Source: a virus
Virus record (IMG/VR): IMGVR_UViG_3300034110_001237
Coordinates: 1-64,000 of that record
Length of the DNA: 64,000 bases
Direction: 5' to 3' (one strand)
The notes below the pieces were generated by a model. That model did no database searches. It had not been told where the DNA came from and was given only the letters and a program-made list of their open reading frames with translations. Shown one piece after another: positions 39,983 through 48,609 of the stretch (positions within the stretch are counted from its first letter, which is position 1; every line of letters begins with the position of its first letter). A program made the position numbers and the translations under genes.

Positions 39983-40317
39983 AAATTAAATTCTTGTGGT
40001 TGAAATTTGTTTTGACATTTATGGGCTTTAATGTGGTCGCTGTTCGGTGTGTTGATTCGTCTCGGAAAGTATTGAGTTATACCTTGAACAACGATTACAA
40101 CACTCAATCTGGATCGTGTATCAATTACCCATTTCTCAGTATTTCTATTGATCAAAATGGTTTATACTCTACTCAAATTTATCAAGATACACCGATTTTT
40201 GATAACAAGGTTTACACCAATAAATCGCCATATCCATTAATTAAATTGTGGTTAAAGTCTCAACATCACTACCGTTCAACACGAAATAATAAATTTAAAT
40301 GGAGTATATTTAATTGA
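39979..40317 (+). CDS. hypothetical protein
   Basis: ATGA overlap with upstream gene. Confidence 0.55.
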   Translation: MKIKFLWLKFVLTFMGFNVVAVRCVDSSRKVLSYTLNNDYNTQSGSCINYPFLSISIDQNGLYSTQIYQDTPIFDNKVYTNKSPYPLIKLWLKSQHHYRSTRNNKFKWSIFN

Positions 40318-40718
40318 ACTATTCTCATGCAACAATTATGAATTCTAAAATCTTAGAACCTTATCATCATCATAATGAACGACTTTTTAATAAGTTGCGG
40401 GAAGCACACGACTATGCTCCACAAGTCGCACAACAGATGGCTTATCAGGCATTGCTGGTTGATGATGGGGCTTTTGCTTCGTTGTTTAAAAAAATCACCG
40501 CCTTTGTATTGCAAAATCCTTATGAACCTTTGACATTAATCGAATATTCTGTCTTGGATAGAGCCGTTGATTTTTATAAAAAAGGAATTGAAGAAACCAA
40601 AACAGATTTGGCCGCTCATATGGTCACATCTGATGTGATTAATGCCTATGTTGAAAGTCAGCAATCAACAGTGATACTTGCCAACAAAATATTGAATAGA
40701 ATGCTTAAAATTGTGTAA
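40314..40718 (+). CDS. hypothetical helical protein
   Basis: GGAG RBS before TTG start. Confidence 0.65.
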   Translation: MNYSHATIMNSKILEPYHHHNERLFNKLREAHDYAPQVAQQMAYQALLVDDGAFASLFKKITAFVLQNPYEPLTLIEYSVLDRAVDFYKKGIEETKTDLAAHMVTSDVINAYVESQQSTVILANKILNRMLKIV

Positions 40719-41148
40719 TTTCAAGCGTTATTTTTTCTTTTTCAACGTCTTTGAATAGTTGGTTAAAATCAAATAATATTTTGGTAATGTCCAATACCTT
40801 GTATGTCTTTTTAATTTCCATTTTCTCGTAACATGATAAGTTCATACGAGGATTTGGATGTGTCTTGTTGCTATCAATAATAAATACATCGCCATAGTGT
40901 TTTTTACCTTTATAAATTTCATTAATGTGTGAACGTCCAGTAATAACATGGTAGGTATCGTTTTCTTTGTAAATGTATATTCCAAAATAATGAATCAATT
41001 CTAAATCTGAATGCATTTCTATTCTGGATAAGTCTAGTATCTTTTCATAATAGTTTAATTTAAGTTGTATATATAGTTCATGGACACTTTTGTCATTCTC
41101 TGTATCTATGTTCGTTGTTAACTTTGAAACTCTTGGTGTTACTTTCAT
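40705..41148 (-). CDS. hypothetical protein, possible variant of the MxxI-tail family
   Basis: ends ITLEITQF (Ile in place of Met). Confidence 0.6.
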   Translation of the reverse strand: MKVTPRVSKLTTNIDTENDKSVHELYIQLKLNYYEKILDLSRIEMHSDLELIHYFGIYIYKENDTYHVITGRSHINEIYKGKKHYGDVFIIDSNKTHPNPRMNLSCYEKMEIKKTYKVLDITKILFDFNQLFKDVEKEKITLEITQF

Positions 41149-41302
41149 GTTTAACCTATTTATTTATTAATCTTTTAACGGTACCACTATTTTCTACTAT
41201 GTAAACAGTCTAGTGGATAATGATTGATAATAATCTCTTTTTGATGTATAATAAACTAAATGTTTTATCAAGATTATTCTCATAAAAATTGTGGAGATTA
41301 AA

Positions 41303-41788
41303 ATGACTTTGAGTAAAAAAGAAATAGCAATTCAAGTAATCAATGAATCCTTTGAAGCCAGTTTAACCAATAAAGAAGCTGATTTTGCATGGGAACTTTT
41401 TTGGAAATTTGGGGTATTCAGTAAACTATCTGATTACAATTTAAACCTGATGAGAAATGCCCTTGCCGAAAAACGTAAGGACTTTGATAAGATTGAACTG
41501 TTGGATGAAAAAGATCCTGCGATTGTTGAAGCCATCAAAGAACGCAAAAAAGCTTTGAACAAACAGCATGGCATTAAACGTATTAAGTTTGCCGTTTATC
41601 GTGAACAAGTGGTCGAATTCTTCAAAGAAAAACGTAACATCGATTTTAATTCGTTGGACGAAACTGCAGCACAAAAACTGTTGCAATATGAAGACATCAT
41701 GAGCAATGATTCGCCTATTTATGATTTCTTGAACGTAACCCATATGCAGTTTAAATACCTCTATCAACACGGTTCTGTTTATAAGTAA
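41303..41788 (+). CDS. hypothetical protein
   Basis: GGAG RBS, ATG 41303. Confidence 0.7.
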   Translation: MTLSKKEIAIQVINESFEASLTNKEADFAWELFWKFGVFSKLSDYNLNLMRNALAEKRKDFDKIELLDEKDPAIVEAIKERKKALNKQHGIKRIKFAVYREQVVEFFKEKRNIDFNSLDETAAQKLLQYEDIMSNDSPIYDFLNVTHMQFKYLYQHGSVYK

Positions 41789-41875
41789 GCAGATATCTCT
41801 GTTGTCTTTTGTTGATAACTTATTGACTTCATGCTTTAATGCCTTAGACTTTATTTATTAACAATAGACGGCGGT

Positions 41876-42400
41876 TTGATGTTGGAATTAATGATAAAGC
41901 TTATTTTGGTCAGTTTTTATGCCATAGTTACAGGTTGTAGTCCTGATGGACACCTAACTGATAATTTAGAACCACAAGGCAAGGCGTTTTTCAATCCTGA
42001 AAATAGAACCCTACTTGATTACAAGCTCTATGACAAAATGGACAACATCTCAAAAGATCCCCATTATACTTTTTTGAAAAAAGAAGATGATGTCACTTAT
42101 TATACCGTCAACAATCAAAAGAATGATCCACGACAATTATTGCTTACGGTCAGTGTGCGAAACGGTAAAATCTATTCGATAGAAACTCGTTACCAATATC
42201 CACATTTCAGTAATTGTAATGCGGCGACTCAACAAATCTATGATGAAACTAAAGATGTCTTCCCACTTTCAAAAAGACCTGATGTTAATGATAAAGGATA
42301 TCATTTCGATGGTGTTCATAATAATTTTATCTTTGTCACTGCGTGTACTGACCTCCTTGAATCAGATAAAATTATCCATAGTACTATTTATACACGATAA
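41876..42400 (+). CDS. putative lipoprotein
   Basis: lipobox-like IVTG-C; exact start uncertain. Confidence 0.6.
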   Translation: MMLELMIKLILVSFYAIVTGCSPDGHLTDNLEPQGKAFFNPENRTLLDYKLYDKMDNISKDPHYTFLKKEDDVTYYTVNNQKNDPRQLLLTVSVRNGKIYSIETRYQYPHFSNCNAATQQIYDETKDVFPLSKRPDVNDKGYHFDGVHNNFIFVTACTDLLESDKIIHSTIYTR

Positions 42401-42458
42401 GTGGTTGTTGACTGATGATGTAATTCGTTGATACTAGTGTTGGATACTTTCTAAAAAT

Positions 42459-42535
42459 CTCTGCGTAGCTCAGTTGGATAGAGTGCCCGCTTCCGAAGCG
42501 GTCGGTCGTTGGTTCGAATCCAACCGTAGAGGCCA
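42459..42535 (+). tRNA. tRNA-Arg(CCG)
   Basis: acceptor CTCTGCG/CGTAGAG, D-arm GCTC-AGTTGGATA-GAGT (A20), anticodon loop TTCCGAA, T-arm GTTGG-TTCGAAT-CCAAC, G73, encoded CCA. Confidence 0.9.
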
Positions 42536-42556
42536 TATCATTATAGGAGACTACTT

Positions 42557-42901
42557 ATGAGCATTCAAAAATATCTATACCTTGCTGTTCTTATTGATAC
42601 TTCGCATGATTCTGTTTGTGTAGCCGCTGTAACCAAAGATACATGGGACAACCACAAGATGTATGACAATACTGATGATATTGAAGATGTAGTTGCTCGT
42701 ATTCAAGTCTCTGGTTATTTCTTAGAGTCCAGCGGATTAGATTTTTCCTTTCTAGATATCATTGAAAAAAACGAGATCCCTTTAACTCCAAAAGATGCCC
42801 CTGCCTTAATGAATGAAATTAAAAAAAGTGGTTTTGTTATCAATCATGATTTTGCTCATAAAATATACGAAGATTCTAATGGTCAATACACCGTCCCTTA
42901 G
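42557..42901 (+). CDS. hypothetical protein
   Basis: AGGAG RBS. Confidence 0.7.
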   Translation: MSIQKYLYLAVLIDTSHDSVCVAAVTKDTWDNHKMYDNTDDIEDVVARIQVSGYFLESSGLDFSFLDIIEKNEIPLTPKDAPALMNEIKKSGFVINHDFAHKIYEDSNGQYTVP

Positions 42902-43008
42902 ACTAAATTCAACAAATAACCTCTAAAAAGAAACACTTTATAGTGTTTCACCCTTTGACAATTAATTATAAAGTGATTAAATGAAAATATAAATAATTGT
43001 ATAAAATT

Positions 43009-43449
43009 ATGTTTGCACTTATTATTACCATCGTCTCAATCGCAATGGTCACTGCATTGTCAGCCGCCACTCTCTATTACATGAGCACTGTTACATTCTC
43101 CCAAACTGTTAAAGTTGATGCTTCCGTTTTTATTTCGGGGGCTGAGCAAATCGCGGCAGCTTTTGTCCTTCACAATCTCAACGGAGTTGATAACACGCCT
43201 ACGCTGGATAGTTTACTGCCTGACTATTTAACCATCGTTCCTAACTACAAAGGAGCTGAATATTTATTTCATGCGACTTATAAAAACTACTTAACAACAC
43301 ATGTTTCGAGAGATGTGTGCTTGGAATTGAATAGTCGAAATGGAATAACTGTTGAAACTCCAGATGTAACCCAATATACTTATTCTTGTTTAGTAGGGGA
43401 TGATGTTGAACCACCACTGGCTTTTTACAAAGTTCTGGAGAACCATTGA
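43009..43449 (+). CDS. type IV pilin-like protein
   Basis: MFALIITIVSIAMVTALSAATLYY hydrophobic alpha1, EQIAAAF helix, LLPDYL..VP, C-terminal Cys pair. Confidence 0.6.
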   Translation: MFALIITIVSIAMVTALSAATLYYMSTVTFSQTVKVDASVFISGAEQIAAAFVLHNLNGVDNTPTLDSLLPDYLTIVPNYKGAEYLFHATYKNYLTTHVSRDVCLELNSRNGITVETPDVTQYTYSCLVGDDVEPPLAFYKVLENH

Positions 43450-43456
43450 TTGTATT

Positions 43457-44236
43457 TTAGATTCCTGCCATTTCTAATACCGTCATGTTTTCATTGAGTC
43501 CATTATCAAAAATTCCTTTTAAATATAAATCTTTTAGTTCCATGTAAAAAATTTCACAGTTTTCTGATGTTCTTATATCACTTATCGAAAAGTGAGGATA
43601 CATTTCTAAAAATGTTTGATTATATAAGAAAGCTTTCCAACTAATTTTATTAAAAAATTGATCAAATTTGTCAATTTCTCCATGAGATATTATATTTAAT
43701 GGATCAAATGATCTACTAAAATCAATATTTATTTTTTTTTCTATATTGCCTAGCTCATTAAATTTATATTTAATAATGACTACATCAATATCATCATTAT
43801 TTATATCTAAAATTCGACTGATTGAATGCTTAATTTTATTAAATTTCGTATCAATAGTGATATTAAAATCAAACATATTGTGTGTTTCTTTAAAATTCTC
43901 TTTATTATCAAAAATGTCTCTTTGACCAATTAATCTATAACCTTCGATTTGTTGATTTTTATCATATTCAAAATGAAGAGTTCCAGCAGAATCTTTGACA
44001 CCAAATGTAGAGGAAGCATGATTTTTATCACCCACCATATAACGATTAATTCGAATATTTTCAAAGTTAATCGAATCGTCATAATGTTCATTTATTTCAT
44101 TTAACCAGTGGATGATTCTATGTTTAAAATAAAAAATGTATTCAGGTTGCATCGCAACCATACAAATCCTTCTACCTTTCAGGATAGAAAAGTCTGGTTT
44201 CATATAGTCAAATTCAACAGTTTCATCAGTTTTCAT
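43457..44236 (-). CDS. MxxI-tail family protein
   Basis: ends MTVLEMAGI. Confidence 0.75.
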   Translation of the reverse strand: MKTDETVEFDYMKPDFSILKGRRICMVAMQPEYIFYFKHRIIHWLNEINEHYDDSINFENIRINRYMVGDKNHASSTFGVKDSAGTLHFEYDKNQQIEGYRLIGQRDIFDNKENFKETHNMFDFNITIDTKFNKIKHSISRILDINNDDIDVVIIKYKFNELGNIEKKINIDFSRSFDPLNIISHGEIDKFDQFFNKISWKAFLYNQTFLEMYPHFSISDIRTSENCEIFYMELKDLYLKGIFDNGLNENMTVLEMAGI

Positions 44237-44314
44237 TTTCGCATAATCCTATTTAATTACATTGCTGCTATTCGAATGACTTCAAAAATATCATATAAGT
44301 CATTGAGAAAACTC

Positions 44315-44785
44315 TTACAATCCTTTCTGTTGAAGATCTTCACGTTTAACGCTTTCTTCGAGCGACTTTCGAAATTTTTCAACCATGATATCAACACCAT
44401 TAGGATTTTTACGGAAGAAAGCTTCCATACGTTCCACGTTGATGTCATCATCTCCCTTACGATTATAGAATAGCAATTCGGACACTGCTTGATCAGCCAG
44501 TCCAGTCAGATCTTCATCAGAAAGGTCGTAACCTTGTAAAAGATCATGAAGCTTGTGAGCGTAAGCGTATTCAGTGATTGCTTTCACAATCAATTCGCTG
44601 CCATTTTCCATGTAATAATCATAGAGCATAGAAATATCTTTGTAAGCAACTTCATCCTTTACGAGTTCTAAAACACTCCAAATGTAGCCACCATTCGATT
44701 TTTTAAGATTTTGTTTAACCACAGAAGGTTCATACAAGCCATCAATGAACTCTTTCATTTCTTCAAAACTTTTCATTTCTGCCAT
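44315..44785 (-). CDS. hypothetical protein
   Basis: AGGAG RBS on minus strand. Confidence 0.7.
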   Translation of the reverse strand: MAEMKSFEEMKEFIDGLYEPSVVKQNLKKSNGGYIWSVLELVKDEVAYKDISMLYDYYMENGSELIVKAITEYAYAHKLHDLLQGYDLSDEDLTGLADQAVSELLFYNRKGDDDINVERMEAFFRKNPNGVDIMVEKFRKSLEESVKREDLQQKGL

Positions 44786-44913
44786 GATCCATCTCCTAAA
44801 TAATTTCGAGAATTATACCATATTGCTTCAATTCTCGCAACGAAAATATAGGCTTGTCATTTGTTGGATATTTTGTTAGAATACACACCACACTTTAAGA
44901 GGATACGCTTACC

Positions 44914-45237
44914 ATGTCTACACTTATTGATCTTGCTTTGAAAGACGCTTCTGATAGTATCGGCACATCTTCATCTGCCCAATATCAGATTAAACATTAT
45001 TTGGAAAGTACTCTTAGACAGTTACAAGAAGAGTGTCTCACACTCCAAAATGTCATTTCAATGCTAAATATCGAAACTGATGTCAAAGCATTGGAAAAAC
45101 TTAATAAAGCAGTCGAACTGAACCGTTCTCGTTATACTGATACGATTAAAGCCTCTGACCAGTTAGATAAAGCTATTGATGCACTTAGTCGTGGAAGTCG
45201 CTGGTTGACAGCAGTTTCTGATGAAGTTAAAGCCTGA
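44914..45237 (+). CDS. coiled-coil hypothetical protein
   Basis: GAGG RBS; heptad pattern. Confidence 0.7.
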   Translation: MSTLIDLALKDASDSIGTSSSAQYQIKHYLESTLRQLQEECLTLQNVISMLNIETDVKALEKLNKAVELNRSRYTDTIKASDQLDKAIDALSRGSRWLTAVSDEVKA

Positions 45238-45269
45238 ATACACCTTTTAATGAACGATAAAAAACCATC

Positions 45270-45830
45270 TTAGGATGGTTTTTTTATTGTCATCATTAAA
45301 TTTTTTTGATGTTTAATGTAGTTGATTAATTGATCTTCATTCAAATCAATTTTGTCTTGTTGTAATTGAGTAATTAGTTGTTCTTTATTGTTTTCATGTT
45401 GATATTTGGTGTTAACTATTTTTAATAGCTCTTTGTAACCTTTATCAATTTCAGCTTGATGATTACTGTTAAAAAATACAAGTTGATAGCTCGACAAAAC
45501 TATTAAGTAAAAAACTATAACACACTTTATAATTTTTATCCCATTTTTACTTGTAATATTAGATGATAAAAATGAAATAGTGTAGAAAAGTGTTAATGAT
45601 ACGGATAACACACTGCATAATATCAATATTCTTAATGTTTTATTGGTGTTTATCTGGTAGCTGTATGCAAATCCATTGATGTGTAAAAATATATCGCCTA
45701 TCAATGAAGCCGATATGTAAAAACCAAACATAAAAATTAATCCAGCGATTATAATGTTTTTTCTTTTGATTTTAAATATTGAAGTATTTCTATCATCTTG
45801 TGTGATGTTGGGTTCCATTTTAATGCTCAT
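45270..45830 (-). CDS. three-TM membrane protein
   Basis: three hydrophobic segments; architecture like 9195/9867. Confidence 0.65.
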   Translation of the reverse strand: MSIKMEPNITQDDRNTSIFKIKRKNIIIAGLIFMFGFYISASLIGDIFLHINGFAYSYQINTNKTLRILILCSVLSVSLTLFYTISFLSSNITSKNGIKIIKCVIVFYLIVLSSYQLVFFNSNHQAEIDKGYKELLKIVNTKYQHENNKEQLITQLQQDKIDLNEDQLINYIKHQKNLMMTIKKPS

Positions 45831-45949
45831 TTATTCTTATTATTATACGAAGTATTTCATGCAACCATTAAAAGTCAAATCATTAATTTACATTATTTTA
45901 TAGAAATTATTAAAAGACAGACGAAAAAAAAGGAACTCTTTCAAGTTCC

Positions 45950-46342
45950 TTATTCTTGTCTTACTGATACCGACACTGATTCAGAGTAATAACCGTTTGA
46001 TGACCCGAAGAATCGTAACACCACCAATCCTCGCTCAGTCGCCATTCGATAATAAGTCCAAGTAAATGATTCACCCTGATAGCAAGATACTCCAACAACC
46101 TCATCATTGCTACAAGTTTCCTCAGCCATAACAACAGTGTGTCCGATTAAATCATCAATGTCGCCAATGATCTCTTCCAAATACACGTCTTCACAGCAAT
46201 CTTGGGAGTGATAGAACGTAAACACTAAACCACTTGTTGTACGTACTACAAACTCTTCATCGTGACGGTTACCGCTCACAGATACGATAGTTTCACCCAC
46301 CATTCTGTTCAATGTTTCGTTTACTTCGTTTTGCATATTCAT
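45950..46342 (-). CDS. conserved phage hypothetical protein
   Basis: FYHSQDCCEDVY...ESFTWTYY...GSSNGYYSE motif typical of a widespread phage family. Confidence 0.75.
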   Translation of the reverse strand: MNMQNEVNETLNRMVGETIVSVSGNRHDEEFVVRTTSGLVFTFYHSQDCCEDVYLEEIIGDIDDLIGHTVVMAEETCSNDEVVGVSCYQGESFTWTYYRMATERGLVVLRFFGSSNGYYSESVSVSVRQE

Positions 46343-46522
46343 AATAATTCTCCTATTCGTTAATCTACGAATGCATAAGAGTTTTATTTATTATTGATGA
46401 ATATGTCGCTACTATACCACGATGTAATTTTGAACGCAAGCCATTATTTTAGAATTTTAGTTATGCTTTCGTGTTGTTCATCGGTATTGTATGGATTTAA
46501 GGACTAAAACACCTTTAAAACA

Positions 46523-46551
46523 TTGCAATGATGGATGATTTCTTGTACAAT
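46523..46551 (+). promoter_or_regulatory. sigma70-type promoter
   Basis: TTGCAA-17 bp-TACAAT. Confidence 0.7.
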
Positions 46552-46654
46552 ACAGACAGAGTTAAGCCAATGAGTATGGCTATAAAACAGGCTTAGTTCT
46601 TGTATTGGAGCTGATTTCAGACTTTAAATCATAAACCTATTTGGAGATAAAACC

Positions 46655-47059
46655 ATGTATCAATCTTATCAAGACTTTTTAAAAGCTACCGAAGACTCCC
46701 ATAAGGCTATGGTGACTTCTGGTGAAAAAATGAGTTTGGATGCCTATCGTGAAACAGTTGCCAAACTGTTTGGCTACGAGACAGTTGAAGCGTTCAAGGA
46801 CGTATTGGACAGCAATTATCAGCCCGGTTATGTGTTGGTGTATATGTGGCAAGGTGTGACGGACACTGTTCGAGCTTACAAAGACACCGAATCAGGAAAA
46901 GCTCAAATGCTGGAAGATTTTGTGGATAAGGTCAAAGATCGTCTGGATGTTTTGCCCGATGGTTCACTGTCGAGTGAAGACCAATGCATTCTGGATGATT
47001 CCGTAGATTCCCTGTTCTACGAAGATTCAAAAGTTACTGTGACATGCTACAAGGTGTAA
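46655..47059 (+). CDS. hypothetical protein with Glyoxalase_8-like N-terminal helix-turn motif
   Basis: SLDAYRETVAKLFGYETVEAF resembles the N-domain of 773-2416. Confidence 0.6.
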   Translation: MYQSYQDFLKATEDSHKAMVTSGEKMSLDAYRETVAKLFGYETVEAFKDVLDSNYQPGYVLVYMWQGVTDTVRAYKDTESGKAQMLEDFVDKVKDRLDVLPDGSLSSEDQCILDDSVDSLFYEDSKVTVTCYKV

Positions 47060-47077
47060 CATCAACCAGTTAAAAAT

Positions 47078-47100
47078 AAACCATCTTCGGATGGTTTTTT
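47078..47100 (+). terminator. intrinsic terminator (cUUCGg loop)
   Basis: AAACCATC-TTCG-GATGGTTTTTT. Confidence 0.85.
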
Positions 47101-47180
47101 CATGATAAAATGTTCCATTTTAATGAATATTATGATATAATTTCGATATTAACCAATTGTTTTTTATTGAGGATTTATCA

Positions 47181-48116
47181 ATGAAAGTTATCCAGCATAA
47201 TACACATTTTAATCGCTCTCTGCCAAAAGATGGCATTTCCGATAACTTGGTTTCATTTTTAGAGATGATTAATCAACAATTTTCATTTGATCACGCCCAT
47301 CTCTATCATCTGACAAATGCAAATATCAGTGATTACAAAAGTGTTATCATTGAGGCTATTGGTAATCGTATTAAATTGCTTCGTGGTGTTGGGCCAAGAG
47401 ATAACCAAGATTCATTGGTTAAGGAAATTAATTCTGATTTTGATGAGATTATGGATGCAAATATTTTTCCAGTATCTTTGATTATTTTTGATTATGTCTA
47501 TGGTTCAACAGTAGAATCTTCAATGGTATTTTTTCATGAACATAATAACATGTTAATGATTAATACTAAATTTTCTACATTAGTTTTTGAAAATAAATAC
47601 TTTCATGCTCCAAATATTTCTTCATCTGATGGTCTTTATTATTCCCCTGCTGTAGAATCGCTTGCTTATGAAAGTTCTACCACAAAGGGAACTTTTCCTT
47701 TTGCATCATTTTTAATCCCTGTTAATATAGAAAAAAATCATTTTGAATCGCCATACAGAGAAATTCATCAGAAAAAAGCAGAATTTCAAGTAAGAGAGCT
47801 TGATGGTGGTCAAGATAAATTTCAACAAGTAACAATTCCACCTAATTTTGATATGAATAAATTTATGTTTCGATCTAATGGTCAGCCAAAGATTCTTAAT
47901 ACGAGACTTATCTATAACAATGAAGTTATTTTTAATGATTATGATATTATTGTTTGTGATCCACAAAAAATAGTTATGCAAAAGTTACTACCCTTTTTGA
48001 CTGACTTTAAATCACAATATGAGATTATTGATAGCATGCCTGTACAGGTTTCTTCCGAATATTATGAACATTTCAAAGCCAATATCTTGCCTGTTATTGA
48101 TATGGCTAAATGTTAA
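47181..48116 (+). CDS. MxxI-tail family protein (distant group A)
   Basis: FLEMINQQFSFD like group A N-motif; ends PVIDMAKC. Confidence 0.75.
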   Translation: MKVIQHNTHFNRSLPKDGISDNLVSFLEMINQQFSFDHAHLYHLTNANISDYKSVIIEAIGNRIKLLRGVGPRDNQDSLVKEINSDFDEIMDANIFPVSLIIFDYVYGSTVESSMVFFHEHNNMLMINTKFSTLVFENKYFHAPNISSSDGLYYSPAVESLAYESSTTKGTFPFASFLIPVNIEKNHFESPYREIHQKKAEFQVRELDGGQDKFQQVTIPPNFDMNKFMFRSNGQPKILNTRLIYNNEVIFNDYDIIVCDPQKIVMQKLLPFLTDFKSQYEIIDSMPVQVSSEYYEHFKANILPVIDMAKC

Positions 48117-48135
48117 TATTTTTTCAAAAAAAGTA

Positions 48136-48164
48136 TTGCCAAAGTGATCGAAATGTCGTATAAT
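48136..48164 (+). promoter_or_regulatory. sigma70-type promoter of the non-coding RNA unit
   Basis: TTGCCA-17 bp-TATAAT with A-tract upstream. Confidence 0.8.
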
Positions 48165-48187
48165 AGTCCCGTTGTTAAGCAATAAGG

Positions 48188-48509
48188 TAATCTTGGGAAG
48201 TTGGCTTAGAAGCAGCCATCTTATAATGAGTAGAGCGGTTGCCATAGGTGTTTGGGATTAAGTGATGGTAAGCATCGGGTTTAAATGATTTAGCGGTCAT
48301 TTAAAGGTATCGGTGACAAGTGAGCCACGGTTTGTCGAAATCGAATCCACATTAAAGTAGATTTTGCAGATCAAAACGCCTCAGCCAAAAGCTCCCAGTT
48401 CTTGCAATAATGTAAGAATTCGCCGTGGTTGTGGTCTTGGTCAAGTAAGGAGGCACCCCAGAAATGGTAAGGCTGAATTCTCTTTTGGCGTAATAGCACA
48501 CCATGATTA
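48188..48509 (+). ncRNA. large structured ncRNA containing a split 23S rRNA H43/H44 (uL11-binding) mimic
   Basis: GTTGGCTTAGAAGCAGCCATC (48200-48220) and GCGTAATAGC (48488-48497) match 23S rRNA ~1059-1100; closed by TAATCTTGG/CCATGATTA; many internal stems. Confidence 0.75.
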
Positions 48510-48530
48510 TGATTGTTTTTGCAACAAAAC

Positions 48531-48599
48531 CTGCCACTAAGGCTGACCTTGGCCCTCTAAAAGCTAAAGGGAACGGTTCGACTCCGTTGTGGTGGACCA
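48531..48599 (+). tRNA. atypical tRNA-like RNA with CUA anticodon and truncated D-arm
   Basis: acceptor CTGCCAC/GTGGTGG, A73, CCA; T-arm AACGG-TTCGACT-CCGTT; anticodon loop CTCTAAA; D-arm AGG-CTGA-CCT. Confidence 0.65.
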
Positions 48600-48609
48600 A
48601 CTTCTAAAT

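Noticed and set aside
48443-48458. Sarcin-ricin loop mimic (AGTAAGGAGGCACC)
   Set aside because: Too many differences from AGUACGAGAGGACC; the GAGA tetraloop is absent.
48188-48509. A 23S rRNA gene or rRNA operon fragment
   Set aside because: Only the H43/H44 motif matches, in two pieces; flanks and insert show no other rRNA sequence.
48188-48599. tmRNA (ssrA)
   Set aside because: No 5' GGGG acceptor strand and no typical ANDENYALAA-like tag; the CCA end pairs locally with 48531-48537. A permuted form cannot be fully excluded without cmscan.
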